64,000 nucleotides of DNA. Origin: an uncultured delta proteobacterium (GTDB lineage Bacteria > Myxococcota_A > Polyangia > Polyangiales > Houyiibacteriaceae). The position numbers and the translations under genes were made by a program. Shown in pieces: positions 7,537 to 18,656 of this stretch; positions within the stretch are counted from its first letter, which is position 1; each line of letters starts with the position of its first letter. A model generated the notes under the pieces. It was not told the DNA's origin. It saw only the letters and a list, made by a program, of their open reading frames with translations, and searched no databases. The stretch covers positions 128,001-192,000 of the forward strand of contig CAVOVB010000004.1 in NCBI GenBank assembly GCA_963699755.1. The letters are read 5' to 3'.

Positions 7537-9473
7537 CGTAGCCCGAGCTCGCCAAACAGCAAGACCATGGCCAGCAAAAGCAGCCAGGGCCCGAGCGGTT
7601 GCTCAACCCCGCTCGACGCATCGAGCTCGACGGCCTCGAAGCTGCTCTCTACATCGGGAGCGCCTTTGGAGACGAGGTCGCTCTCGCCGGGCGGCGCGTC
7701 GACGACGAACGCGAAGCGGGCACCGTTGACACCGTTGACGAGCACGCGATAGGCGCCGATTTCGCCGGTGTCGCGAAACGCCACGCGATCGGCTTCCGCC
7801 AGATCCACCGTTCGACCGGTCGGCGTCACGACCTGGATGCGTTGGCTTTGGGTCGACCCGGGAAGGGACACCGTCCCATATGGTTCGACCGAATGTTCAC
7901 TTCGGCCTGCGAGCCGACGCAGCGTATCGAGGACGAAGGGCACGAAGACCGGCTGGTAGGGCAAATCGGTCCATGCGTCGTCGATCGTCGTCGCCAACAT
8001 CGCCACGCGACCACTCCGGTAACGATGCTCCAACATAGCCGCTGCACCGTCACTGAATCGCGCCGTCACCACCGCATCGAGAGAGGCTTCGGCGATTGGA
8101 GTCCGACCGCGCACCTTGGCCTGCGCTAGCTCGGGCAGCGTTTTGGATTGGAGAGACAGGGACCGCGCCTCCATCCGAGTCGCCGTGTAGCGCCCTGGAA
8201 GAAGCTCGCGGAGAACGCTTCCATACGCCCTCGGGTTGACCCGATCGCCTGCCGTGATCCAAAGGCTCCCGCCGCCCCCCACATAGCGCTGGATCAGCGG
8301 AAGCCACTTCTGATCGAGGGTAGCGTTCGCCAAGACCAGCACGTCGGAGCGAATGATCGCGTTCTCGGAAAGATCCTCGGCGTCGAGCGTCTCTACCGAA
8401 AACGAGCGACCGATGCGCGGCGCAACGCCAAGCGCATGATTGAGAAATGCAGTCTCTCTCTTGCGCGGATCGGGGTGAGGGTCGCCGTCGACGAGCAGCA
8501 CGTGCACCGTGTCGGACCCGAGCAGGACCCCGCGGACGTTGTCCGCAGGAAGAACGTCGTCTGGGTAGAGCTGCAGCTCGACCACCGCGTCGGTCGACCC
8601 GGGCGCAATCGAGAGGGAAGCTTCTCCCCCATTACCGCTCCGCTGAACGGGGGTCTTCTGTGTCTCTTGCCCCTTTTGACGCATGCGAAGCTCCTGCGGG
8701 GACTGCGTCGGGGTGCCTGCAATCTGGACATCGAGCCGCATTCCGTCGGGAGCGTCGCGCTCTCCGTTCACTTCCACAGAGGCGATGCGGCGGTTGTCCG
8801 GGTTGGGCGTGGAAACCGTTTCGAAGGCGACTCGAATACCGCGGCTGGGCCATTCGCAGCTCTCGGCATCTGTGCCTTCGGTGAAGTCGGAGAGGACCAG
8901 CAAGCGCCGGTCCGCGAGCTCGCTCTCGAGGAGCAGCTCCACTGCCGTTTGCACCGCGTTGCACAAGGCATCACCCCGAGTGGACCGAAGACCGATGTCT
9001 CCGAATACGGCCCCCACCATTTCGAGATCAGAACGCCGCCGGACCCAGACGCGCGGAGACCTGCCTGAGAGGATGACCGAAACTTCGGAGCCTTCCGGGA
9101 GTTTCCGAACCTGCTCGGTCGCGGACAGTGCCGCACGCTCGATGAGGGTCTTGCCCTGATAGATCGCCGCCATCGACAAAGAGTCGTCGAGCACGATGGC
9201 CAGTGCGTGCTGCCGGTCCAATAGGCTAGAGCGAACGACGCGATAGGGGGCCGCCGCAACCAGAACCAGCGCCGCCACGAGCAATGCGCGCACGATCAGC
9301 AGCAGCATATCCACGACGCGAAGCCGAGCCGCGCGCGTCGCTTGGATTCGGTGAAGGAACGCAATGGTCGGCAGCGTTTGCTTGGGAAGCTTCTGTCGCC
9401 TGAGCAGGTGAGCGAGGATCGGAATCCCAACGGCGATGAGCCCGGCGAGCGCCCAGGGAAGACCAAAGCCCAT
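7518..9473 (-). CDS. BatA N-terminal + VWA domain membrane protein
   Basis: N-terminal 'PILAHLL...PTIAFL...LLLIVR' BatA pattern; MIDAS DDSLS; GATase-like segment (GGGSLWITAGD); C-terminal TM 'LGPWLLLLA'. Confidence 0.85.
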   Translation of the reverse strand: MGFGLPWALAGLIAVGIPILAHLLRRQKLPKQTLPTIAFLHRIQATRAARLRVVDMLLLIVRALLVAALVLVAAAPYRVVRSSLLDRQHALAIVLDDSLSMAAIYQGKTLIERAALSATEQVRKLPEGSEVSVILSGRSPRVWVRRRSDLEMVGAVFGDIGLRSTRGDALCNAVQTAVELLLESELADRRLLVLSDFTEGTDAESCEWPSRGIRVAFETVSTPNPDNRRIASVEVNGERDAPDGMRLDVQIAGTPTQSPQELRMRQKGQETQKTPVQRSGNGGEASLSIAPGSTDAVVELQLYPDDVLPADNVRGVLLGSDTVHVLLVDGDPHPDPRKRETAFLNHALGVAPRIGRSFSVETLDAEDLSENAIIRSDVLVLANATLDQKWLPLIQRYVGGGGSLWITAGDRVNPRAYGSVLRELLPGRYTATRMEARSLSLQSKTLPELAQAKVRGRTPIAEASLDAVVTARFSDGAAAMLEHRYRSGRVAMLATTIDDAWTDLPYQPVFVPFVLDTLRRLAGRSEHSVEPYGTVSLPGSTQSQRIQVVTPTGRTVDLAEADRVAFRDTGEIGAYRVLVNGVNGARFAFVVDAPPGESDLVSKGAPDVESSFEAVELDASSGVEQPLGPWLLLLAMVLLFGELGLRQIRRR

Positions 9474-9476
9474 GAC

Positions 9477-10352
9477 TCAGCCCTCCCGCAGAAGCTGGAG
9501 CAGCGTGTGCTCGGGTGGGGTGTCGGTTCTTGCGAGAAGATATCGCGCACCCGCTGCGACCACGCGGCGCTGGCACGACCCCACGAACGCATCGATCGCA
9601 TCTCGATAGCGCCGACGAGCGCCCTTCGGGTCGACTTCCACCGGCGATTCGCCTTCGAGCCCCTCGAAATGCAGCGGCTGCTCGTAAGGAAGCTCGAGCT
9701 CGGCAGGGTCCATGACATGAAGAACGATCGTTTGATGGCCGCGCGCCTGAATTCGCGCGATCGGATCCAGTGCCTCGCCCTCGAGGTCGAGCAAATCGCT
9801 CGCGATCACGACCAGCCCCATGCGGCCGGCGTGCTCGATCAATTTGTCGAGCGAGGCATGAAGCGCGGTCTGCCCATTCGATCGCGTCGGCTCGGCGAGC
9901 GTCCGCATCAGGTAATCGAGATGTGCCGGCCCCGAACGCGCCGGCAGTCGGTCCCGGATCTCCTCATCGAAGGTGACCAGCGAGACGGCATCGCCCTGGC
10001 GCGTCAGCAGGTAGGCGATGGCCGCCAGCAGTGTCGCGGCATGGTCGATCTTACTGACATCGCCACTGCCCCAGTGCATCGATGGAGAGATGTCGAGTGC
10101 AAGCGTTCCACGGAGTTGCGTTTCATGCTCGAAGTGCTTGATCGTGTACCGGTCCGAACGCGCATAGGCGCGCCAGTCGATGAGGCGCGGATCGTCTCCG
10201 GGCCGGTACGCGCGATGTTCCTTGAAAATCGCGCTGGCACCACGGTGGGGACTCCGGTGCATGCCAGCCAGGAGACCGTCGACCGTGCGCTTTGCCCTCA
10301 GCGTGAGCCCGGCCAAGCGTACCGCGAGCTCGGGTTCGAGCACGTGGGTCAC
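9477..10352 (-). CDS. DUF58 (VWA-like) protein
   Basis: GMHRSPHRG, EHRAYRPGDDPRLIDW, DISPSM. Confidence 0.93.
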   Translation of the reverse strand: MTHVLEPELAVRLAGLTLRAKRTVDGLLAGMHRSPHRGASAIFKEHRAYRPGDDPRLIDWRAYARSDRYTIKHFEHETQLRGTLALDISPSMHWGSGDVSKIDHAATLLAAIAYLLTRQGDAVSLVTFDEEIRDRLPARSGPAHLDYLMRTLAEPTRSNGQTALHASLDKLIEHAGRMGLVVIASDLLDLEGEALDPIARIQARGHQTIVLHVMDPAELELPYEQPLHFEGLEGESPVEVDPKGARRRYRDAIDAFVGSCQRRVVAAGARYLLARTDTPPEHTLLQLLREG

Positions 10353-11380
10353 GGCTGGATGCCGTGCATGATGCCTTCGATGACGTCAGCTGGAGTCACG
10401 CCTTCAGCCTCCGCACGGAAGTTCATGACCAGACGATGCTTCAGGATCGGCTCGACCAGGGCACGCACGTCTTCGATCTCGGCGGCATAGCGGCCGTGAA
10501 GCACTGCCCTAGCTTTGGCGCCCAAAATCAGCCCCTGGCTCGCTCGGGGACCGGCGCCGAAGGCGACGTTCTTTCGCACGAGCTCCGACGCCTTGCCTTC
10601 CTCGGGCCGCGAGGCTCTCACCAGGTTCACAGCGTGCTGAACCAGGTGGTCGGCGGCAGGAACACGAGGAACGAGGTCCTGAAAGCCGACGATATCTCGG
10701 GCCGAAAGGACCGGAGTGATCTTCGTTGGCATTGGAGCCGTCGTGCGCTTGACGATGTCGAACTCTTCGTTCGGGCTCGGGTACCGAACGTCGATTTGAA
10801 AGAGGAATCGGTCGAGTTGCGCTTCTGGCAAGGGATAGGTCCCTTCTTGCTCGATCGGGTTCTGGGTCGCAAAAACCAAGTACGGCTGCTCCAGCGCGTA
10901 GGTGTTGCCGCTCGCCGTAACCTGACCCTCGGCCATCGACTGAAGGAGCGCCGCCTGGGTCTTGGGTGGCGCGCGGTTGATCTCGTCGGCCAGTAGGATG
11001 TTGGTGAAGACCGGACCCGGGATGAATCGAAAGTGGCGTTTGCCGGTCGTCGCATCTTCTTCGAGAACGTCTGTCCCCGTCACGTCGCTCGGCATCAGGT
11101 CCGGGGTGAACTGGATGCGGTTCGAGTGGAGCGAGAGCGCATCGGCGAGGGTGGTGATGAGCAGCGTCTTGGCGAGCCCGGGCACACCGACGAACAAGCC
11201 GTGTCCGCGCGAGAACAGTGCGATCAGCAGGAGCTCGATCACCTCGTCTTGACCGATGATGCGTTGCTTGAGCCGGGAGACGATCTCCTCCCGCGCGCTC
11301 GCCAGTTGCTGCACGAGGAGCACGTCGGAGGCGGCGCCGCTGGGCGGCGGGGCCGGAGTGCTGCGTAAAGGTTCGGTCAC
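10349..11380 (-). CDS. MoxR family AAA+ ATPase
   Basis: GVPGLAKT, RIQFTPDLMPSD, LADEINRAPPKTQAALL, ATQNPIEQEGTYPLPEAQLDRF. Confidence 0.96.
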   Translation of the reverse strand: MTEPLRSTPAPPPSGAASDVLLVQQLASAREEIVSRLKQRIIGQDEVIELLLIALFSRGHGLFVGVPGLAKTLLITTLADALSLHSNRIQFTPDLMPSDVTGTDVLEEDATTGKRHFRFIPGPVFTNILLADEINRAPPKTQAALLQSMAEGQVTASGNTYALEQPYLVFATQNPIEQEGTYPLPEAQLDRFLFQIDVRYPSPNEEFDIVKRTTAPMPTKITPVLSARDIVGFQDLVPRVPAADHLVQHAVNLVRASRPEEGKASELVRKNVAFGAGPRASQGLILGAKARAVLHGRYAAEIEDVRALVEPILKHRLVMNFRAEAEGVTPADVIEGIMHGIQP

Positions 11381-11417
11381 TGAGACCTCTTAGCGCCTCG
11401 CGGCGGGAATTGCCACA

Positions 11418-12971
11418 TCACTGGCGCATCCCTCCCAGCCGCTCACAAAGCGTCGCTTCGTGATCCGCCTGAGGAACGCCGAGCTTCGAGAGGATGCAAT
11501 GAGGCTGCGGGTCGAACGGGTTTTGGGCGATCGCTCTCGCAGCAGCGTCTTTCGCTTCCTCTGGCATCGACAGCCGATACATCGCGGTCGCCAAACTCGA
11601 GAGCGCGGGCGCATGCGTCGGATATCGCTCGAGGGTGAGCATCAGAGGCCCGATCGCGTCTTTGGGACGCCCGCCTGCAATCGCCGAACGGGCATAGCGT
11701 GATGCAACGACGGGGTCGGACGGCGCGGCTTCGTGCGCCTTTGCGTACTCGACCGATGCAGCCGCAGGGCGGGAGCGCGTCCATAAGAGGTCGCCTAGGC
11801 GCAGATGGTTGCGGGCACGGTCGAGCTCCACGCCGGCGAGCTCATCCTGCTCGGTGGCTTCACCGCTGAGGCGACGAGGCAAGAGTCGCGCCGGTGCGGG
11901 TTGGGGCAGCTTCGAGAGAGCTTTCCTCCAGCGCGACTCGAGAACCCTCCACGGCACGCCGGCTACGCTCGCCAAGGCTTTCTTTGCGTCCTCCCCCCCG
12001 CCGATGAGGTAGAGCGCTTGCTGTACGCCTTCGCTCCCGTATTCCCGGTAGTACGTCTGCATGAAGGATGAAACCTGCGCGAAGGCGAGCGAGGCGGCCT
12101 TCTGGGAGGGGAGAAGGGCAATGGATGGATGCATCTGATCGAAGCTGAGCAGCGCGTCTGCCTCCATGGCCTCGAAGAGGAGCTGAGCAGACGCCGCGTC
12201 CTGCTGTAAGATCGGCGCAGCTTGTCGCCAGCGAGTCTCAAGGAACTTCGCGAGACCTTCCTGCAGCCACACCGGCGCCTGGTCGAGGGAGGCCTTGGTC
12301 AGCAGGAGATGAACGTACTCGTGCGAAATGGTGTCGAGCCAGGGGTAGCCATGCATCAATGCGGAGGGGGACGCGATCATGAGGCGGCCCCATTTGCACA
12401 GAGCGATCGTTCCCGTGTTGCGAATGGCCTCGACAGGCAGTGTCGACACGCGCGACAAGGAATCGGCGTCGGGATAGATCTCGAGACGGATGGGACTGAC
12501 CATCTTGACCCCGAGCTCCTCTTCCAGCGCCTTGCCGACCGCTTTGAGCGCATCGACCGCGTAGGGCACGAGCACCTCGTCATCCCCGGGTGCGTAACGC
12601 ACCTCGATGTTCTCGTGCGTGAACGTCTCGAAGTTCTTCGTCGTCTCGTAGGTGTCGACGATCACGTCCGCCAAGTTACCCAAGTTCCCGGCTGACCCAG
12701 GTTTGTTGCGAAGCGCCGCGATTCCATCGGCCGCCACTTCGTAGTTCCCCGCGTAAAACTCCGTGAGCACTTCGAGCTCGGCGACGCGCGATGTTCGCGG
12801 GTAGTGCTCTAGATACTTCTGCAACAAGACTTGAGCGGGAACCCCTTCGCCCGCTGTCAGCGAGGCTTCGAGGAGATCCAAGATGTCGGAGCTATTCGCC
12901 TCCTCAGCGGGCACGGACGCCGAGACCGATCCGAGCAGGGCACCGACTAGGAACAAGGCAACGCGCTTCAT
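11418..12971 (-). CDS. Exported gluzincin (peptidase MA-like) with TPR repeats
   Basis: Signal peptide; HEYVH plus downstream WLQEGLA; C-terminal TPR-like helices. Confidence 0.8.
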   Translation of the reverse strand: MKRVALFLVGALLGSVSASVPAEEANSSDILDLLEASLTAGEGVPAQVLLQKYLEHYPRTSRVAELEVLTEFYAGNYEVAADGIAALRNKPGSAGNLGNLADVIVDTYETTKNFETFTHENIEVRYAPGDDEVLVPYAVDALKAVGKALEEELGVKMVSPIRLEIYPDADSLSRVSTLPVEAIRNTGTIALCKWGRLMIASPSALMHGYPWLDTISHEYVHLLLTKASLDQAPVWLQEGLAKFLETRWRQAAPILQQDAASAQLLFEAMEADALLSFDQMHPSIALLPSQKAASLAFAQVSSFMQTYYREYGSEGVQQALYLIGGGEDAKKALASVAGVPWRVLESRWRKALSKLPQPAPARLLPRRLSGEATEQDELAGVELDRARNHLRLGDLLWTRSRPAAASVEYAKAHEAAPSDPVVASRYARSAIAGGRPKDAIGPLMLTLERYPTHAPALSSLATAMYRLSMPEEAKDAAARAIAQNPFDPQPHCILSKLGVPQADHEATLCERLGGMRQ

Positions 12972-15895
12972 CGCAAGAGCCTTTCGTAGTAGTCTTCCAC
13001 GGCCTGCCGATAGCCATCAGGCGACGTGCCGTTCATCGCGTCGAGGACGCGACGACGCCAAGCAAGCTCGTCGGCCTTCGAACGGACGGCCGGAATCTCG
13101 ACGCGCTCCGTGGCGCGGCCGCCCTGGGATTTCTCTCTTCCGCCGCCGCCTGGCGACGGCTTGCTCTGGGATTCCAGATGCTCGCGCAGGCGCCGGAGCT
13201 GGTCCGCGGCCGCCTCCTGCTGCTTGTTGGCCGCGAGCGGGTCGGCCTCCTCCAAAGAGCGAGTGGCCCGCTGCATCGGCTGCTGGATCGCCTCGAGCTG
13301 CTCCGCTGCTTCCTCGGAAACCGGCACACCGCCAACCTCCTCGCGTAGCCTGCGTGCGAGCTGGCGCGTCGCCTCATGAGCCTTGCTTTGCCGCTCGGCT
13401 TGTCTTTGGAGCTGCTCGCGCTCCTGCTCGGTCAGCGCGCCAGCCACGTCGGGGACCGCGCCCTGTGCCGCTTCCCGCAAGTCCTGCGAGCGCGCGGCGG
13501 TCTCCCGCGCCTTCGCTGCTGCGTCTGAAGTCTGCCCATTGTTGCCGCGGAACATCATGGCGGAGAGCTCGAGGTCTTTCGCGAGCGCATTCGTGGCCTC
13601 CGCGAGGCGGTTGGCCATCGACAAGGCCTCTCCGAGATCGCCGCTTTCGAGCGCTTTCTCGAAATCATTCAAACGCTCCGCCGCCCGCTCCTTGACGCCC
13701 AACTCGTACGGACCCAGAGCCTCATCGCTCACATCACCGAGAAGCTCTGAAACGTCCTTGGCGAGCTCCTGCAGCTTCGCCCGCATCTCGCTCGCCAGGG
13801 AGTTCTCACCCCCCGCCGCCCGATCGAGCGCTTTGTCCCCGACCCGGCGAGCCTTGTGGGCCAAGCGCTGCTGCTCGACCTCGAGATCCCGTATCGTGTC
13901 CATCGCTTCCATCAGCGCTCGCTCACGCGGGCCAAACCGAGCTTCGACGAGCGAATCCTCGCTCTGCGCCAGGGCTCGCGTCATGGCTTCGATTGTTTGA
14001 TCCAGCTTGTTGAGCGCATCTTCGGCCGCGTCCAGGTCGCCAGTGGCGAGCGCTTCGCGAAGGGTCTGAAGGGCGTCGGTCGATTTACTCGCCTGCCGGG
14101 ACTGCTGATTGACGAACTCGCCGGGCACGTATCGCATGGCCTGCCGAAGCTGGTCTCTGAGCGCCGCGAGGCGCCGCTCGGCGCGGTCCAGGGCAGCCAT
14201 CAGTGCCCGTTCCAACTCCGGTGTCTGGCCGCGTCGCAGCTCGCCGATGAGCGACGCAATCTCGCTGCGAAGCTGCTGCATCTCACGCGCGATCTCGGCG
14301 GCGTCGTTCAAACGCGCTTCACTGATCAGATCGGCAACGATGAGGGTGTCCTTTTCGAGCTCGGCGACGATGGTGCGGTCTTGATACCTTCGGGCTTTGC
14401 CCTGATCTCGGTTCCGGTACGCCGCGGCTTCTCTTCTGTGGGCCCGTTCGAGTCGCTTTCTCATGTCGAGTAGCAACGGGATGGTCCTCGGCCCGCGATG
14501 GTCGCCGACCTCGGCGAGCAAGGCCTTGATTCCGTTGTACGGGACGATCGTCTCCGCGCGTCGCCGCAAGGCCTGCTGCAATCCGTCGGGGACGGGCTGC
14601 TCGAGGCGGGTTGCCAGCGCGACCAGGAGCGCATCCAACAAATTCTCGAGCTCGACGATGCGATCCCGCCGGCGCGTGATTTCTGATGCGAGCGTGAGCG
14701 TACGCTCAGCAGAGCGTCCAACGCCTGGGCCGTCGACGAGGTTGCCATCTTTGGCCTCCAGCCAGACGGTCACAGCGTCCGCAGGCGCCAGGACGAACTC
14801 CTCCAAGCGCAGCACGGTCTCTCCGAAAAGCTCGGTCTGCAGGTGATCGGACGGTGTGACGATCGTCCTGCGAAGATGCTCGCCACTGGGAAGCTTGATG
14901 ATGAGAGTGAGCTCCTTCACGCCGTAGTCATCGGCGGCCTGATGCTGCAAGCCGATCGCCTCCCTGGCCTCGACGACCAGGTCTTCCTCTGGGGCGATCA
15001 GGTTGACCCTTGGTGGCTCATCGCGCTGCACCGCGATCGAGCGGGCACGGTAATCGACCCGGCGCTCACCACGTGCAGATTCGACGTGAATCTCCAAAGG
15101 ACCGTCGGCATCAGCCACAAACGACGCGACAAACCGGTCCCCGACGCGGTCTGCCTGCACATGGCGGCCCGGTAGCTCGAGGACGACGCGCGCAGCGTCC
15201 CCAATGGGCGTAATCGAGTACTCGACCGCCGTCCCTCTCGGCACCGTTAGCCGATCGGCGTCTTCAACGCGCTCGTTGGCGCGCCCCATGTACTCGGGAA
15301 AGAGAAGCTCGGCGTCGGTGCGGGCCACCACGTGACCGGTCTGCGGCCCCGTGACCTCCCCCGCGTCGCTGTGCAGAAGTGCATAGCGTCCCGCGGCGGC
15401 GCGATTGAAATCCAGCGACCACCAGGCCAGCACCGCCAAGACGAGAATGGCCGCCAGGGCCGGCTGCACGACCCACTGCCAAGGGATGAACTTGCGAGCA
15501 GGCGAATCATCGAGCTGACGCAGCAATCGAACCCGCTGCGCCACGACGAGCTCGCGCGAGAACGCGGTTTCTTCTTGTAGCTCGTACGCACTCTGAAGTG
15601 GAGATAGGAGGGCAGGTTGCCTCGCGGCCACGAGCCCCAGCGCCCCGTGCCCACCGAGCCCCCTCAAAGCCTGAAGCGACCAGGCAACCGCCGCCGCCGT
15701 CATTGCAAACACCACGCCCCAGCCAATGCAGAGCCAGACAAGTGGCGTCATCGGCCCAAGCACCCAGGCCATCATGACGAAGGACACGAGACCTACCGCG
15801 GCCGCGGCCACGGCGATCCGAAGCGCCAACACCGTCGCGGCAGCGACCCGAAGCCGTCGCCGATACTCAGAGAGTCTACCGGTGGTGGAGCTCAC
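12968..15895 (-). CDS. DUF4175-like membrane and coiled-coil protein
   Basis: N-terminal TM helices, 'D.PP.V.L..P' and 'ADDYGV' Ig-like region, long coiled coil, C-terminal 'YRQAVEDYYERL'; GTG start at 15895 chosen because TACGAT lies 6 nt upstream. Confidence 0.8.
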   Translation of the reverse strand: MSSTTGRLSEYRRRLRVAAATVLALRIAVAAAAVGLVSFVMMAWVLGPMTPLVWLCIGWGVVFAMTAAAVAWSLQALRGLGGHGALGLVAARQPALLSPLQSAYELQEETAFSRELVVAQRVRLLRQLDDSPARKFIPWQWVVQPALAAILVLAVLAWWSLDFNRAAAGRYALLHSDAGEVTGPQTGHVVARTDAELLFPEYMGRANERVEDADRLTVPRGTAVEYSITPIGDAARVVLELPGRHVQADRVGDRFVASFVADADGPLEIHVESARGERRVDYRARSIAVQRDEPPRVNLIAPEEDLVVEAREAIGLQHQAADDYGVKELTLIIKLPSGEHLRRTIVTPSDHLQTELFGETVLRLEEFVLAPADAVTVWLEAKDGNLVDGPGVGRSAERTLTLASEITRRRDRIVELENLLDALLVALATRLEQPVPDGLQQALRRRAETIVPYNGIKALLAEVGDHRGPRTIPLLLDMRKRLERAHRREAAAYRNRDQGKARRYQDRTIVAELEKDTLIVADLISEARLNDAAEIAREMQQLRSEIASLIGELRRGQTPELERALMAALDRAERRLAALRDQLRQAMRYVPGEFVNQQSRQASKSTDALQTLREALATGDLDAAEDALNKLDQTIEAMTRALAQSEDSLVEARFGPRERALMEAMDTIRDLEVEQQRLAHKARRVGDKALDRAAGGENSLASEMRAKLQELAKDVSELLGDVSDEALGPYELGVKERAAERLNDFEKALESGDLGEALSMANRLAEATNALAKDLELSAMMFRGNNGQTSDAAAKARETAARSQDLREAAQGAVPDVAGALTEQEREQLQRQAERQSKAHEATRQLARRLREEVGGVPVSEEAAEQLEAIQQPMQRATRSLEEADPLAANKQQEAAADQLRRLREHLESQSKPSPGGGGREKSQGGRATERVEIPAVRSKADELAWRRRVLDAMNGTSPDGYRQAVEDYYERLLR

Positions 15896-15954
15896 GGAGC
15901 GATCGTAGCGCCGGGAGAGGGGGGAGCGCCACCCCGGAGAGCGACTCCATCGCC

Positions 15955-16080
15955 ACGGGGCTGGGGACAGGGCCGGTGGCGGCTGCAGGGTCATGGGCGG
16001 CGACAGGTTCGGCGGCAGAGGCAGCTACAGAGGCAGCTACAGGGACAGTGGCCATGGCACCGACAGTGACACCGACGCTC
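15955..16080. repeat. Degenerate hexamer tandem array (21 units, consensus RCRGNG)
   Basis: ACGGGG CTGGGG ACAGGG CCGGTG GCGGCT ... ACAGTG ACACCG ACGCTC; C at position 2 in 20/21 units, purine at position 3 in 20/21; contains perfect (CAGAGGCAGCTA)x2. Confidence 0.75.
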
Positions 16081-16148
16081 GTTCGTGAATCGGCTTCTCC
16101 GCTCGTATGGTTGGTCGACTTCTCCGGTGACTCAGTTTCGCTTAAACG

Positions 16149-16179
16149 AAAAAGCCGGAACACGAATGCCCCGGCTTTT
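16149..16179 (-). terminator. Rho-independent terminator of groESL
   Basis: Minus strand AAAAGCCGG-ggcattcgtgtt-CCGGCTTTTT just after the groEL stop. Confidence 0.8.
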
Positions 16180-16201
16180 CCAGTAGTGAAACCGCGCGGA
16201 C

Positions 16202-17839
<1,638 letters not shown>

Positions 17840-17853
17840 GATTCTTCAGTCTC

Positions 17854-18141
17854 CTATTCGATGATCCCGAGGATGTCGTCTTCGCGGAGGATCAGGTGGT
17901 CTTCACCGTCGATCTTGACCTCCGTGCCGCCGTACTTGCCGAACAGGACGAGGTCGCCCTTCTTCACGGCAAGGGGCCGAACTTCGCCGTTATCGAGGAC
18001 GCGTCCCGTACCTACGGCGACCACCTTGGCCTCGATCGGCTTTTCCTTAGCGGTATCCGGAATGATGATCCCGCCTTTGGTTTTTTCTTCTTCCTTCACG
18101 CGCTTGACCAGAATCCGGTCATGCAATGGACGAATGGCCAT
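17854..18141 (-). CDS. groES: Co-chaperonin GroES
   Basis: [23 protein letters not shown]. Confidence 0.99.
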   Translation of the reverse strand: MAIRPLHDRILVKRVKEEEKTKGGIIIPDTAKEKPIEAKVVAVGTGRVLDNGEVRPLAVKKGDLVLFGKYGGTEVKIDGEDHLILREDDILGIIE

Positions 18142-18183
18142 TTTTCCTCCGTTTTCGGGCAGATTCGCTGCCCCTTAGCTTGA

Positions 18184-18210
18184 TTGGCACTCGATGATGG
18201 AGAGTGCTGA
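18184..18210. promoter_or_regulatory. CIRCE element (HrcA operator)
   Basis: TTGGCACTC-N9-GAGTGCTGA versus consensus TTAGCACTC-N9-GAGTGCTAA, upstream of groES. Confidence 0.9.
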
Positions 18211-18219
18211 TGGGCCCGC

Positions 18220-18247
18220 AACCTAGTCACGATAGATGGGGAGTCAA
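18220..18247 (-). promoter_or_regulatory. Putative sigma70 promoter of groESL
   Basis: TTGACT-16 nt-TAGGTT immediately upstream of the CIRCE. Confidence 0.55.
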
Positions 18248-18323
18248 GCCAGGGCGGAGAGCTTTTTGGGGAAATGGGTGGGAGATTTGCCCGGCCGGTG
18301 AACCCTGCTAGCCTCCGCCGCCT

Positions 18324-18569
18324 ATGGCACGCGTCACGGTCGAAGACTGCTTGGAACACGAGGAAAACCGCTTTGCCCTGGTCATCTTGGCCGCGCGGCG
18401 GACCCGCCAACTCATCAAGGGCGCCCCGGCGCTGGTTCACAGCAAGAACCGGCCGGTCGTGACCGCCCTCCGCGAAATCGCCGATCATAAGGTTTACTTC
18501 GCCAGCTCGGTGAGGGGCGCGGTCGAAGAGTTCATCGTCGAGACCAAAGCCAACGAATCCCAGGCCTGA
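18324..18569 (+). CDS. rpoZ: RNA polymerase omega subunit
   Basis: [10 protein letters not shown]...[16 protein letters not shown]...TALREIA. Confidence 0.95.
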   Translation: MARVTVEDCLEHEENRFALVILAARRTRQLIKGAPALVHSKNRPVVTALREIADHKVYFASSVRGAVEEFIVETKANESQA

Positions 18570-18656
18570 GGCTGGCAAGCGTCAACCGGGGCTCAGACCG
18601 AGGGGAGCCCCAACTTTGCAGGCCGAGAAGGCCGCAGGTAGCCTGGTGGTGGGGTC

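Noticed and set aside
15955..16080. CRISPR array
   Set aside because: There are no 23-47-nt identical repeats with unique spacers and no cas genes.
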